Source: Acidimicrobiaceae bacterium (GTDB lineage Bacteria; Actinomycetota; Acidimicrobiia; Acidimicrobiales; Bog-793). From it: a DNA stretch of 55,490 bases. This document shows, in pieces, positions 27,092-35,724 of this stretch. The notes below the pieces were generated by a model. The model saw nothing but the letters and a program-made list of their open reading frames with translations, made no database searches and was not told where the DNA came from. The translations under genes and the position numbers were made by a program. Numbering within the stretch: the stretch's first letter is position 1; each line of letters opens with the position of its first letter. The stretch lies in the NCBI GenBank assembly GCA_027306715.1, contig DAHUZG010000142.1:1-55490 (forward strand). Direction: 5' to 3'.

Positions 27092-28881
27092 CGGGCATCG
27101 GCACCACCAGCACAGTCGATCCCACGACATTGTCAGTCGTGTGGAACCGGCTCGATCAGATCCTTACCGAGATCGGGGAGAAGGTGCTCCATGCGACGCA
27201 GTCGTTCGTGATGGCGAACGTCCGCGACCTTGGCCAGTCGTTCCTCAACCGCGATGGCGAACTTGTCGCTGTCGCCGCGTTTCTTCCCAGTCACATGTTC
27301 ATCTCCGAGGTCGCGATCAAAGGGTTCCTCGAGAAGTTCGGAGACGACCTGCATCCCGGCGACTTGATGATCGGAAACGACCCTTACATCGTCCGAAGCG
27401 GACACCTCCCTGACTGGACATTCATCCGGCCAATCTTCTACGGACGAGAGTTGCTCGGCTTCTTCCAGTTCCGCGGTCACATGGCCGACACCGGCGGGTT
27501 CCTGCCTGGCGGATATGCTCCGGGGGCCTACGACATCATTGCCGAAGGCTTGAACATCCCACCTATCCGAATCATCAAGGCAGGCGTGGTCGACGAGGAG
27601 CTGTGGGGCCTCGTCCTCCGGAACGTCAGGAACCCCGACGTCGTCCGGATGGACGCCATGTTGATCAACGGTGCGATGGAGCAAGGCGACCAGGATCTGA
27701 TCAGATTGGTCGAACGGTACGGATCTGGAGCGGTCCTGGCCTGCATGGACGAGATGATCGCTGCCGGCGAGCGCGCGGCTCGAGCCGAGATCGCCAAGAT
27801 CCCCGACGGCGACTACTACGGCGAGTCGGCCACCGACTGGGACGGCCAAACGGACCGCCCGGTCTGGGTTCGGGCGAAGTTGACGGTTGAGGGCGAGAGC
27901 CTGACCTTCGATCTTTCTGAGAGCGACCCCCAGGCGACGTTCGTCAACACTCCGTGGGGAACGACGCTCTACGCCGCGACCCGAACGGTGTTCGCGATGA
28001 TCGACCCTCACGTTCCAAAGAACCACGGCAGCATGAAGCAGGTCAGCGTCGTGACCAAACCGGGGACGGTGGTGCATCCGATCTACCCTGCCACAGTCGG
28101 TGCCAGCGGGATCAGCGTCGGCGGGATCATCACCGAGGCCTGTCAGCTGGCACTCGCGCAGGCGCTGCCGGATGCCTCATTCGGGATGTTCGCCAGGCAC
28201 CTGTGCCCGATCAACGTCGGCATGGACCCCGACACGATCGACCCACGGACCGGGACCATCCGGCAGTACTTCGCCGAGCACTTCGCCAGCGACGGCAGCG
28301 CAGGTGCCTTCAAAGGGTACGACGGGTGGCCTGGAATCGGCTACTTCGGCTTCGTTGGCTGCCTTGTCCGCGCCGATATCGAAGTGTTCGAGACCCAAGT
28401 CCCCTTCTGGGTCCGCCGGTACGAGCTGCTCACCGACTGGGAAGGGGCAGGTGAGTTCCGCGGCGGCCCCGGCGTCTACGTCGAGATGATAGCGAGCGAT
28501 CGCCCACCGGAGGCGCCCGCCCTTCTGACGACTGGAAACAGCGACGGGAGCCGATTCCCGCCACGCGGCGCCGCCGGCGGGCTCGACGGCCCGAAGGCTG
28601 AGATGTGGATAGAGAACCCAGAGACAGGTGGTACGCGGATCCTGCCAACGATGGCGAACATGTTCATCGCGCCCGGGGAGATCTGCCACACGCGTGCACC
28701 TGGCGGAGGCGGGTGGGGCAACCCGCTGCACCGCAATTCCGAGCGGGTGCTCGCAGACGTGGTGGACGGGCTCGTCTCGGCCGACCGAGCGAAGCAGATC
28801 TATGGCGTAGTGGTGGACCCCGCGACCCTCACTCTCGACCTGGTTGAGACTGCGCGACTGCGACAAGATCGGATGGCTTGA
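27088..28881 (+). CDS. hydantoinase B/oxoprolinase-type subunit, paralog 2
   Basis: 597 aa, collinear with 24952-26781. About two thirds or more of positions are identical by eye, including FQFRGHMADTGGFLPGGYAPGAYDIIAEGLNIPPIRIIK. Confidence 0.9.
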   Translation: MTGIGTTSTVDPTTLSVVWNRLDQILTEIGEKVLHATQSFVMANVRDLGQSFLNRDGELVAVAAFLPSHMFISEVAIKGFLEKFGDDLHPGDLMIGNDPYIVRSGHLPDWTFIRPIFYGRELLGFFQFRGHMADTGGFLPGGYAPGAYDIIAEGLNIPPIRIIKAGVVDEELWGLVLRNVRNPDVVRMDAMLINGAMEQGDQDLIRLVERYGSGAVLACMDEMIAAGERAARAEIAKIPDGDYYGESATDWDGQTDRPVWVRAKLTVEGESLTFDLSESDPQATFVNTPWGTTLYAATRTVFAMIDPHVPKNHGSMKQVSVVTKPGTVVHPIYPATVGASGISVGGIITEACQLALAQALPDASFGMFARHLCPINVGMDPDTIDPRTGTIRQYFAEHFASDGSAGAFKGYDGWPGIGYFGFVGCLVRADIEVFETQVPFWVRRYELLTDWEGAGEFRGGPGVYVEMIASDRPPEAPALLTTGNSDGSRFPPRGAAGGLDGPKAEMWIENPETGGTRILPTMANMFIAPGEICHTRAPGGGGWGNPLHRNSERVLADVVDGLVSADRAKQIYGVVVDPATLTLDLVETARLRQDRMA

Positions 28882-29057
28882 GCGTGGTCGCTTTCCCGGC
28901 GGACGGTTGAGGTGACCTGCTGGACTCGGCGCAGCCTCGTCCCAACACTGGTGGAGACCCGGGAAGAAGGCGCTTGTCGGAGACAGGCAACGAGCGCAGA
29001 CAGGATCCGCCGTCACCCGGGCGATCATGCCAGCGGAATTCGAGTCAGAGGTAACGA

Positions 29058-31442
29058 ATGCCCGCCGACCTGAGCTTTCTACGCGTACTGGACGCATCCG
29101 ACTCCGTTGCAGGCCAGTTCTGCGGTCGCTTGTTCGCAGATCACGGGGCAGAGGTCGTACTCCTCGAACCCATGTCCGGCACGACGACGAGGCGCTCAGA
29201 GGACCTCTTTTGGCATCTCAATTGTGGTAAGCGATCGCTTGTCGTCGATGAGCGGGCCCGCGACACGCGCGACCGTCCCCTGCTGTCCGCGACCGACCTG
29301 TTGATCGTTGATCATGGCAAGTCCGCCTTCGCCGGAGACCTCAGCGCGTACCCGCAGCTCGTCGTGTGCTGGCTCTCGGCGTTCGGCGAGCAGGGCCCGT
29401 ACCGGCAGTGGCAAGGGACAGAGATCGTCTACCAAGCGTATTCAGGAGCCGCCTACTGCACGGGCGCTCCCGGCCACGAGCCGCTCTACGGTTTTGGGGA
29501 GCGCGCGTCTTACTCGGCCGGTATGGCTGCATATGTCACAGCGCTGGCGGCGCTCTACGAGCGAGACCAATCCGGCCTCGGTCAGGCTACGCACGTCTCA
29601 GTCGCTGAGACGGCCGTGTCGATATCTCAGAACCTCGTCTCGCAATACTCTTACAACGGAACCTACCCAGACCGTGAACGCTACGACGGACCGCTAGGTC
29701 GGTATCGGTGCTCGGATGGATGGATCGCCCTCTTCGTCAAGCCCGGCTTCTGGTCAGATGCATGTGACGCCTTCGGATTGAAGACGTTGCGCGACGATCC
29801 TCGGTTCAGCGATGGCGAAGCGCTCATCCGGAACTGGCCGCTCGCGTCAGACTTGATCGCGGATAGCGTCCGCAGTCGCCGCTCTCAGGAGGTCGTCGAG
29901 GCCGGCCAGGCACTGCGGATGCCCGTGGAGCTCGTCACAGACGTCGCTGACGTGTATTGCTGTCCTGATCTCGCGGCTCATGACTACTGGATCGAGGTCT
30001 CCACCCCTGTCGGTACGCGAAGGCGTCTCGGCTCGATATCCCGTACTAGCTCGCAGATATCACCGCCAGATACGAGGCCACCAGAGCTCGGTGCCGATAC
30101 CGACGCCATCGTCGCTACGTGGTCGAAGCGGGAGCCAGTCGCTTCACGTGCCGCACGAGTAGGTGACGCGCGCACGAGGCCGCTCGATGGAATCCGGGTG
30201 GTCGAGCTGACAACGGCTTGGGCTGGGCCGATGGCTGGCCGTACGCTCGCTTATCTCGGCGCGGAGGTGATCAAGGTCGAATGGCGTGGTCGTCTGGACG
30301 TGTGGCGCGGACAGCGCGGTTCACGCCGCTACCCAGGCGGCGAACCAGGAGAACGTCCGTATAACCGCAACAACATGTTCAACACGCAAAATCATGACAA
30401 GCTGTCTGTCGAGCTCGACCTGAAGACGTGTATCGGCCAAGAGGCAGTGCGCAACCTGATTGCAAAGAGTGATGTCGTTATAGGCAATCTGGGTCCTGGC
30501 GTGCTGAAGCGACTTAGGCTCGGCTATGGTGACCTCACCGCTCTACGGCCTGACGTCATACTTCTTGAGATCACGGGCTTCGGTGAACATAGTGGCTTTT
30601 CATCCCACGCTGCTGTGGGTCCCACCATCGAGGCCACTACGGGCGGCATGAAGCTGATCAGCTACGCGGACGGGCAGCCGCAGTTCACGGGCTTTGCGTT
30701 ACTCGACCCGATCGGCGGTATCACCGGCGCCGGCATGGTGCTCACCGCCCTCTTGGCACGAGGGAGAACGGTAGGAGGATCCCACGTCGACCTGAGCCTT
30801 CGCGAGGTGGCGCTTCAATGGCTCGGCGAGTACCTGATCAGGTACGGACGGACGGGCTCGAGTCCCGAGCCGCTCGGAAACGCTTCTCCTGAGGCAGTCC
30901 CGCATGGCATTTATCCAGCTGCCGGTGCAGATGAGTGGATCGCCTTGGCGGTGGAGACCGCGCCGCAGTGGGCCGCGTTGTGTGAGCTGATTGGAAGATC
31001 CCACTGGGCAGACGATCCAACGTTCACCACGATCGAGAACCGCAGGCAGCATACGGCGGAGATCACCTCTGCGATCGTCGGTTGGTCCTGCCAGCATTCG
31101 AAACGTGAGGCTGCCGAGTCGCTGCAGGCGCGTGGCGTGCCGGCGTCCCCGGTCAATAGTGGACGTGACCTACACGATGACCCACACCTTTTCGCTACGG
31201 AGTTTCTTAACACGATGAACCATCCCGACGCTGGAATCCACCGCTACCCGGGCCTCCCGTTCCGCCTTGACACGACTCCGGGGAAAATATCTCGGCCGGC
31301 GCCACTATTGGGAGCTGACACCGAGGATGTGCTCCACAGGATACTTGGCTGGACAGACGAGCAGATTGCGGCGCTGCAAGACGAGCAGATCGCTGCGGCG
31401 GAGAATCCTAGGCGGCAACGTGAGAGCAATCCCGTGCGCTGA
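29058..31442 (+). CDS. fused tandem family-III (CaiB/BaiF) CoA-transferase
   Basis: 794 aa, about twice the normal length. There are two N-terminal-type CoA-binding openings: LRVLDASDSVAGQFCGRLFADHGAEVVLLEP at residue ~8, and IRVVELTTAWAGPMAGRTLAYLGAEVIKVE at residue ~378. Confidence 0.85.
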   Translation: MPADLSFLRVLDASDSVAGQFCGRLFADHGAEVVLLEPMSGTTTRRSEDLFWHLNCGKRSLVVDERARDTRDRPLLSATDLLIVDHGKSAFAGDLSAYPQLVVCWLSAFGEQGPYRQWQGTEIVYQAYSGAAYCTGAPGHEPLYGFGERASYSAGMAAYVTALAALYERDQSGLGQATHVSVAETAVSISQNLVSQYSYNGTYPDRERYDGPLGRYRCSDGWIALFVKPGFWSDACDAFGLKTLRDDPRFSDGEALIRNWPLASDLIADSVRSRRSQEVVEAGQALRMPVELVTDVADVYCCPDLAAHDYWIEVSTPVGTRRRLGSISRTSSQISPPDTRPPELGADTDAIVATWSKREPVASRAARVGDARTRPLDGIRVVELTTAWAGPMAGRTLAYLGAEVIKVEWRGRLDVWRGQRGSRRYPGGEPGERPYNRNNMFNTQNHDKLSVELDLKTCIGQEAVRNLIAKSDVVIGNLGPGVLKRLRLGYGDLTALRPDVILLEITGFGEHSGFSSHAAVGPTIEATTGGMKLISYADGQPQFTGFALLDPIGGITGAGMVLTALLARGRTVGGSHVDLSLREVALQWLGEYLIRYGRTGSSPEPLGNASPEAVPHGIYPAAGADEWIALAVETAPQWAALCELIGRSHWADDPTFTTIENRRQHTAEITSAIVGWSCQHSKREAAESLQARGVPASPVNSGRDLHDDPHLFATEFLNTMNHPDAGIHRYPGLPFRLDTTPGKISRPAPLLGADTEDVLHRILGWTDEQIAALQDEQIAAAENPRRQRESNPVR

Positions 31443-31479
31443 AGTGTTCAGACCCCCGGTAGTTGATCAACGAGACAGG

Positions 31480-31561
31480 TGCGGGTTATTTGAAGGCGAG
31501 GATAGTCCGCTCCATGGGCGCCACCGGGAGCTGCTTCGACCATGCGAGCGCCGAGAGCTTC
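31480..31561 (+). mobile_element. IS3-family transposase (rve C-terminal) fragment
   Basis: RIVRSMGATGSCFDHASAESF matches the conserved IS3 OrfB block SMG..G.C[YF]DNA.AESFF. There is no further similarity on either side. Confidence 0.4.
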
Positions 31562-31671
31562 CCCATCTGCTACGAGCTATCGCTGGCCCGAATCAAGCAA
31601 GCTGCTGAACATCGTGTCCACTGTCTCTGGAAAAGCTCAGCGGCGCTGGATCTGATGCGGAAGGAACAAAT

Positions 31672-33294
31672 TTGAGTCTGGCCGAATCCGCCCAGCCGCT
31701 GGAGACCGAGGAGCAGGAGGACCGAGTCGTCGTCCGCCTGATGCGGCCCGACGTGAAGAACGCCATTGGTCTCGCTACCGTGGAAATGCTCCACGAGGTC
31801 TGCGCGGGGCTGGAACGCCGACCGCGAATGCTCGTCCTCACGGGACACGAGGGCGTGTTCGCCTCGGGTGCCGATGTTCGTGAATTGCGAGACCCGAATC
31901 GCCACGACGCGCTCGCCGGAATCAACAGCTCGCTGTTCGAGCGCATTCGGCGGCTGCCACTACCCACGGTAGCCGCTATCGATGGCCTCGCGTTCGGAGC
32001 GGGGGCTGAGCTCGCCTACGCGTGTGACTTTCGGGTCGCCACCGAACGCGCTCGCTTCGGCAACCCGGAAGTCTCGCTGGGAATCCTGGCTACGGCGGGC
32101 GCCTGCTGGAGGCTGCGCGAGCTCGTCGGTGAGGCGCTCGCGTACGAGATGTTGTTCGCCGGACGAACGCTCGACGCCCAAGCTGCGGTCGAGTCCCACC
32201 TCGTGACCGAGGTCGCGGGGCAGCGTGATCTCCTCGCGGCGGCCCACGCCCTCCTCGACAAGATCGGGAGGGGTACGCCGCTCGCACTCCGCCTGACGAA
32301 ACTCGCGCTGCAAATTCCAGCCAGCGCGCACCCGGCGTTCGACAACGTCGCACAAGCGGTGTTCTTCGAGACCGAGGAGAAGCACGCTCGGATGACGACC
32401 TTTCTGGAGCGGCATGATCGATCGCCTGATCCTTCGGAAGAATCGTCGACAGCGCCGCCGCGAGCAGCAGGCGTGCTCGGTGGTGGCCGGATGGGGGCAG
32501 GCATCGCCCATGCGCTGTTGTCTGCGGGCTGCCGAGTGCAACTGGTCGAGATCACGGTAGACGCCGGCGAGTCCGCTCGCGCACGAATAGAGGCGTCTCT
32601 GCGCGAGAGCGACCGGCGCGGCTCGCTGCCCGTGGCCGTCACGACCGCAATGGCGCGACTCTCGATCAGCAGCGAACCCAGCTCGCTCGTCGGCTCGGAG
32701 ATCGTCGTCGAGGCCCTGCCGGAAGACCCGGCCCTGAAGGCGCGACTTCTCGTCGCGGTCGAGGCCGTGCTCGACCCCGGCGCGCTGCTGGCTACGAACA
32801 CGAGCTCGTTGTCGATCGACGAGCTGAGCGCGGCACTCGAGCGCCCGCGCAACTTCATAGGGCTGCATTTCTTCAACCCCGTGCCAGCGAGCGAGCTGGT
32901 CGAGGTGGTCGTCGGCTCACGCACGAGCGACGACACGGTGGAGCGCGCCCGGCGATGGGTGGAGGAGCTAGGCAAGACTTCGGTGACGATCCACGACTCG
33001 CCGGGATTCGCCACGAGCCGCTTGGGGGTCGCGCTGGGGCTGGAAGCGATCCGTATGCTCGAAGAGGGGGTGGGTTCTGCCGAGGACATCGACACGGCCA
33101 TGGTCCTTGGCTACCGACACCTCGTCGGGCCGCTGCGGCTCACCGACCTCGTCGGCCTCGACGTACGCCTCGCGATCGCAGAGCACCTCGCGAGCCGCCT
33201 CGGTCCGCGCTTCGAGCCACCCGAGGTTCTACGCCGCAAGGTTGAGGCCGGCGAGCTCGGTCGCAAATCCGGGCAGGGCTTCTACAGCTGGTGA
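31672..33294 (+). CDS. bifunctional enoyl-CoA hydratase / 3-hydroxyacyl-CoA dehydrogenase (FadB-like fusion)
   Basis: N-terminal crotonase region (..NAIGLATVEML..GVFASGADVREL..) plus a C-terminal NAD fingerprint VLGGGRMGAGIAHAL and 3-hydroxyacyl-CoA dehydrogenase blocks (..GLHFFNP..). TTG start as in the ORF track. Confidence 0.85.
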   Translation: MSLAESAQPLETEEQEDRVVVRLMRPDVKNAIGLATVEMLHEVCAGLERRPRMLVLTGHEGVFASGADVRELRDPNRHDALAGINSSLFERIRRLPLPTVAAIDGLAFGAGAELAYACDFRVATERARFGNPEVSLGILATAGACWRLRELVGEALAYEMLFAGRTLDAQAAVESHLVTEVAGQRDLLAAAHALLDKIGRGTPLALRLTKLALQIPASAHPAFDNVAQAVFFETEEKHARMTTFLERHDRSPDPSEESSTAPPRAAGVLGGGRMGAGIAHALLSAGCRVQLVEITVDAGESARARIEASLRESDRRGSLPVAVTTAMARLSISSEPSSLVGSEIVVEALPEDPALKARLLVAVEAVLDPGALLATNTSSLSIDELSAALERPRNFIGLHFFNPVPASELVEVVVGSRTSDDTVERARRWVEELGKTSVTIHDSPGFATSRLGVALGLEAIRMLEEGVGSAEDIDTAMVLGYRHLVGPLRLTDLVGLDVRLAIAEHLASRLGPRFEPPEVLRRKVEAGELGRKSGQGFYSW

Positions 33295-33394
33295 CACGTC
33301 CCCGATCTAGTTCGAGGTGGGAGACCCGACGCACTACGGGAAGCGACCGCCAAAGCCGCCGGGACTGCCACCCCAAGCTCGGAGCCGGCCTGTC

Positions 33395-33963
33395 CAAAGG
33401 GGATAGGCGCTACCGCGCGCGGATGGCCGAGGTGGGTGCGGTCTACGAACTGGCGCCCTTGGCCGAAGTTGAGAGCCACAGCCTGGAGGTTGCGGCCGTA
33501 GTCGACCTGATCGATGTTATGGAGCACATCTGGTCTGCCGCGTGGTGCTTCTCCGCCCACAACGACCAGGCCGTAGAGGACTGGGTGCGCGCCAAGACGC
33601 TCGCCGTGCTGGAGGGCAATGCCCGTGACGCCGCTGCGGGGATCCACCGGCGAGCCACGGTCGCCCGACTCACCAAGAAGAAGCGCAAGGAGGCTGATGC
33701 CTGTGCCACCTACCGGACCAACAAGGCTCTCTACCTCGATCACCCGACGGCGTTGGCGGCCGGGTAGCCCATCGCCACCGGCATCATCGAGGGGACCTGC
33801 CGATACCTTGTTGCCGACCGGATGGTCTTATGCAGTCCCCAAGCTACGCGCGGTCCGCTCCAACGGCGATCTCGACGACTACTGGGCCTTTCACCTCGAC
33901 CACGAACGGCAGCGAGCCCACGAATCCCGCTACGCGGACGGCGCGATCCCCCTTGCCGCGTAG
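33395..33963 (+). mobile_element. ISKra4-like transposase pseudogene (5'-truncated, internally deleted, at least 2 frameshifts)
   Basis: Blocks spread over three frames: RMAEVGAVYE; [40 protein letters not shown]; [19 protein letters not shown]; and [31 protein letters not shown]. Confidence 0.6.
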
Positions 33964-34484
33964 TCGCTCCTACAGCGCCGCACCCGATACAGATGGTGGG
34001 CGACCTGATTGGAAAGGAGCGGATCGACAGGCCGACGTTCGCCCGCAACACACTGCCGTAGCTCAGGCGCCGGACGCTCGCCAGGTACTCCCTGAACAGC
34101 GGCTATTCGGTGCGCCTGAGTGAATGCGCAGGTCAGGGTGCCATGCGGGGACCTTCAATGTAGCTGCCCGACTTCTGGCGCAAGCGGTGGTTGTGGTGCA
34201 AAGCCGCGCCTGAGCTGCGAGGCTCGCTACCTCGAGCAGCGCTGCCCGGACTCCAACATGTTTCTGCCGGCGGTTGGGCGCCGTTGGCTCGCGTCCGCAC
34301 TGCTCTGAGCTCGTCGTCATCTCGGACATCCCCGCCGCCGAGCAGCTCGCCCGGACGCCCGGCGCTCGCACGATGACCGTGACAACCTGAGCGTATGATC
34401 ACCGCGGAGGGCACTAGAAAATTCTGCGACTGGCGGGATCTTTTCGGCCCCGCCGGCGTCGGGCAATCAGGGAGGGGAGAGAAC

Positions 34485-35693
34485 GTGGACAGATCAACGA
34501 CGACCCGCGCTCGCCGGGTGGCGGTGGCGGCGGCGCTGTGCACAGTGCCGGGCATGGTCGCAGCCGGCTCGCTGGCGGCAGCCGCCTCGGTGCCGCACCG
34601 CGGCGCCGTCCATCACGCTTCGGCAAAGAGCCCCGCTGCCGGGGTGAAGGCGGCCGAGGCGAACATCGCCCGCTATACGCGGGCCTTAGCGAGGTACCCG
34701 TCGCCGGGGCCGGCGCTGAACGCCAAGGCGGTGGCCAAGCTGAAGGGCAAGACGGTCCTCTTCGTGCCCTACAGCACCTCGATCCAGTACTTCACCGAGA
34801 TGGCGTCGGCGATGCAGACGGCCTTCTCCCATGTCGGGATCAAGGTGACCACCTGCGACGCCCACTTCGTCCCCTCCGCCGCTGCCAGCTGCGTGCTCTC
34901 GGCGAAGGCGGCGGGAGCCTCGGCGGTCGTCACCGGGGCGATCTCCTACAACCTCATCTCGACCGCGTACCAGCAGCTCAAGTCCGAGGGCGTGCCGGTG
35001 CTGCTCGCTGACGCGCCGGCCGCCGACGGGATCAAGAACAGCGACAAGTTCGCCTTCCAGGACAGCGACCACACCCTCGGGCAGGTCGGCACGCTGGCGG
35101 CTGACGAGATCATCGCCAAGTCCGACGGCAAGGCGCACGTGCTGTTCATCGAGATCATGGACACGGCGTCGATCGTCCACGAGGGCCAGTCGATGCTGTC
35201 GGAGTTCTCCAAGAACTGCCCGGACTGCAAGGTCACGACGCTCCAGTTCAACACCGCCAACCTCGCGCAGCTGGCATCGGCGGTCTCGAGCAAGCTGATC
35301 GCCGACCCGTCGATCGACTACATCCTGCCGCAGACCGACGCCGACGTCGCCGAGGCGCTCTCCGGCGCCCAGAGCGCCAATGCCAGCTCGCGGGTGCAGG
35401 GGGTCTCGACCGATGGCACGCTCGGGGCACTGCAGGACATCTCGAGCCACCAGTTCCTGTTCGCCGACGTCGGCTACAGCGCCGCCTACGACGGCTGGAC
35501 CTCGGCTGACGGGGTGCTGCGGATGCTGACCGGAGCGCCGGTCCCGCTCTTCCCCTACGACCCGATCCGTGTCTTCGACGCCTCCAACGTGAAGGGCCTG
35601 CAGCTCACGACGGCGGCGTCGAACTCGAACATCTGGTACGGGACGAACGCCTTCTACCACCTGTTCTGGAAGCTCTGGACGGGCAAGCCGTAG
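34485..35693 (+). CDS. sugar-type ABC transporter substrate-binding protein (periplasmic binding protein family)
   Basis: GTG at 34485 follows a GGGAGGGGAGAG SD. There is a signal peptide (RRVAVAAALCTVPGMVAAGSLAAAAS). It is followed by a double-ATPase and an RbsC-type permease. Confidence 0.75.
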   Translation: MDRSTTTRARRVAVAAALCTVPGMVAAGSLAAAASVPHRGAVHHASAKSPAAGVKAAEANIARYTRALARYPSPGPALNAKAVAKLKGKTVLFVPYSTSIQYFTEMASAMQTAFSHVGIKVTTCDAHFVPSAAASCVLSAKAAGASAVVTGAISYNLISTAYQQLKSEGVPVLLADAPAADGIKNSDKFAFQDSDHTLGQVGTLAADEIIAKSDGKAHVLFIEIMDTASIVHEGQSMLSEFSKNCPDCKVTTLQFNTANLAQLASAVSSKLIADPSIDYILPQTDADVAEALSGAQSANASSRVQGVSTDGTLGALQDISSHQFLFADVGYSAAYDGWTSADGVLRMLTGAPVPLFPYDPIRVFDASNVKGLQLTTAASNSNIWYGTNAFYHLFWKLWTGKP

Positions 35694-35724
35694 CAGGGCG
35701 CCAGGCGGCGACGGCAGCGGCGTC

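Noticed and set aside
34063-34555. Minus-strand ORFs of 102 and 140 aa in the post-island spacer.
   Set aside because: Their composition is Cys/Arg/Ser-rich with no motifs. One of them overlaps the SD and start of the substrate-binding protein gene.
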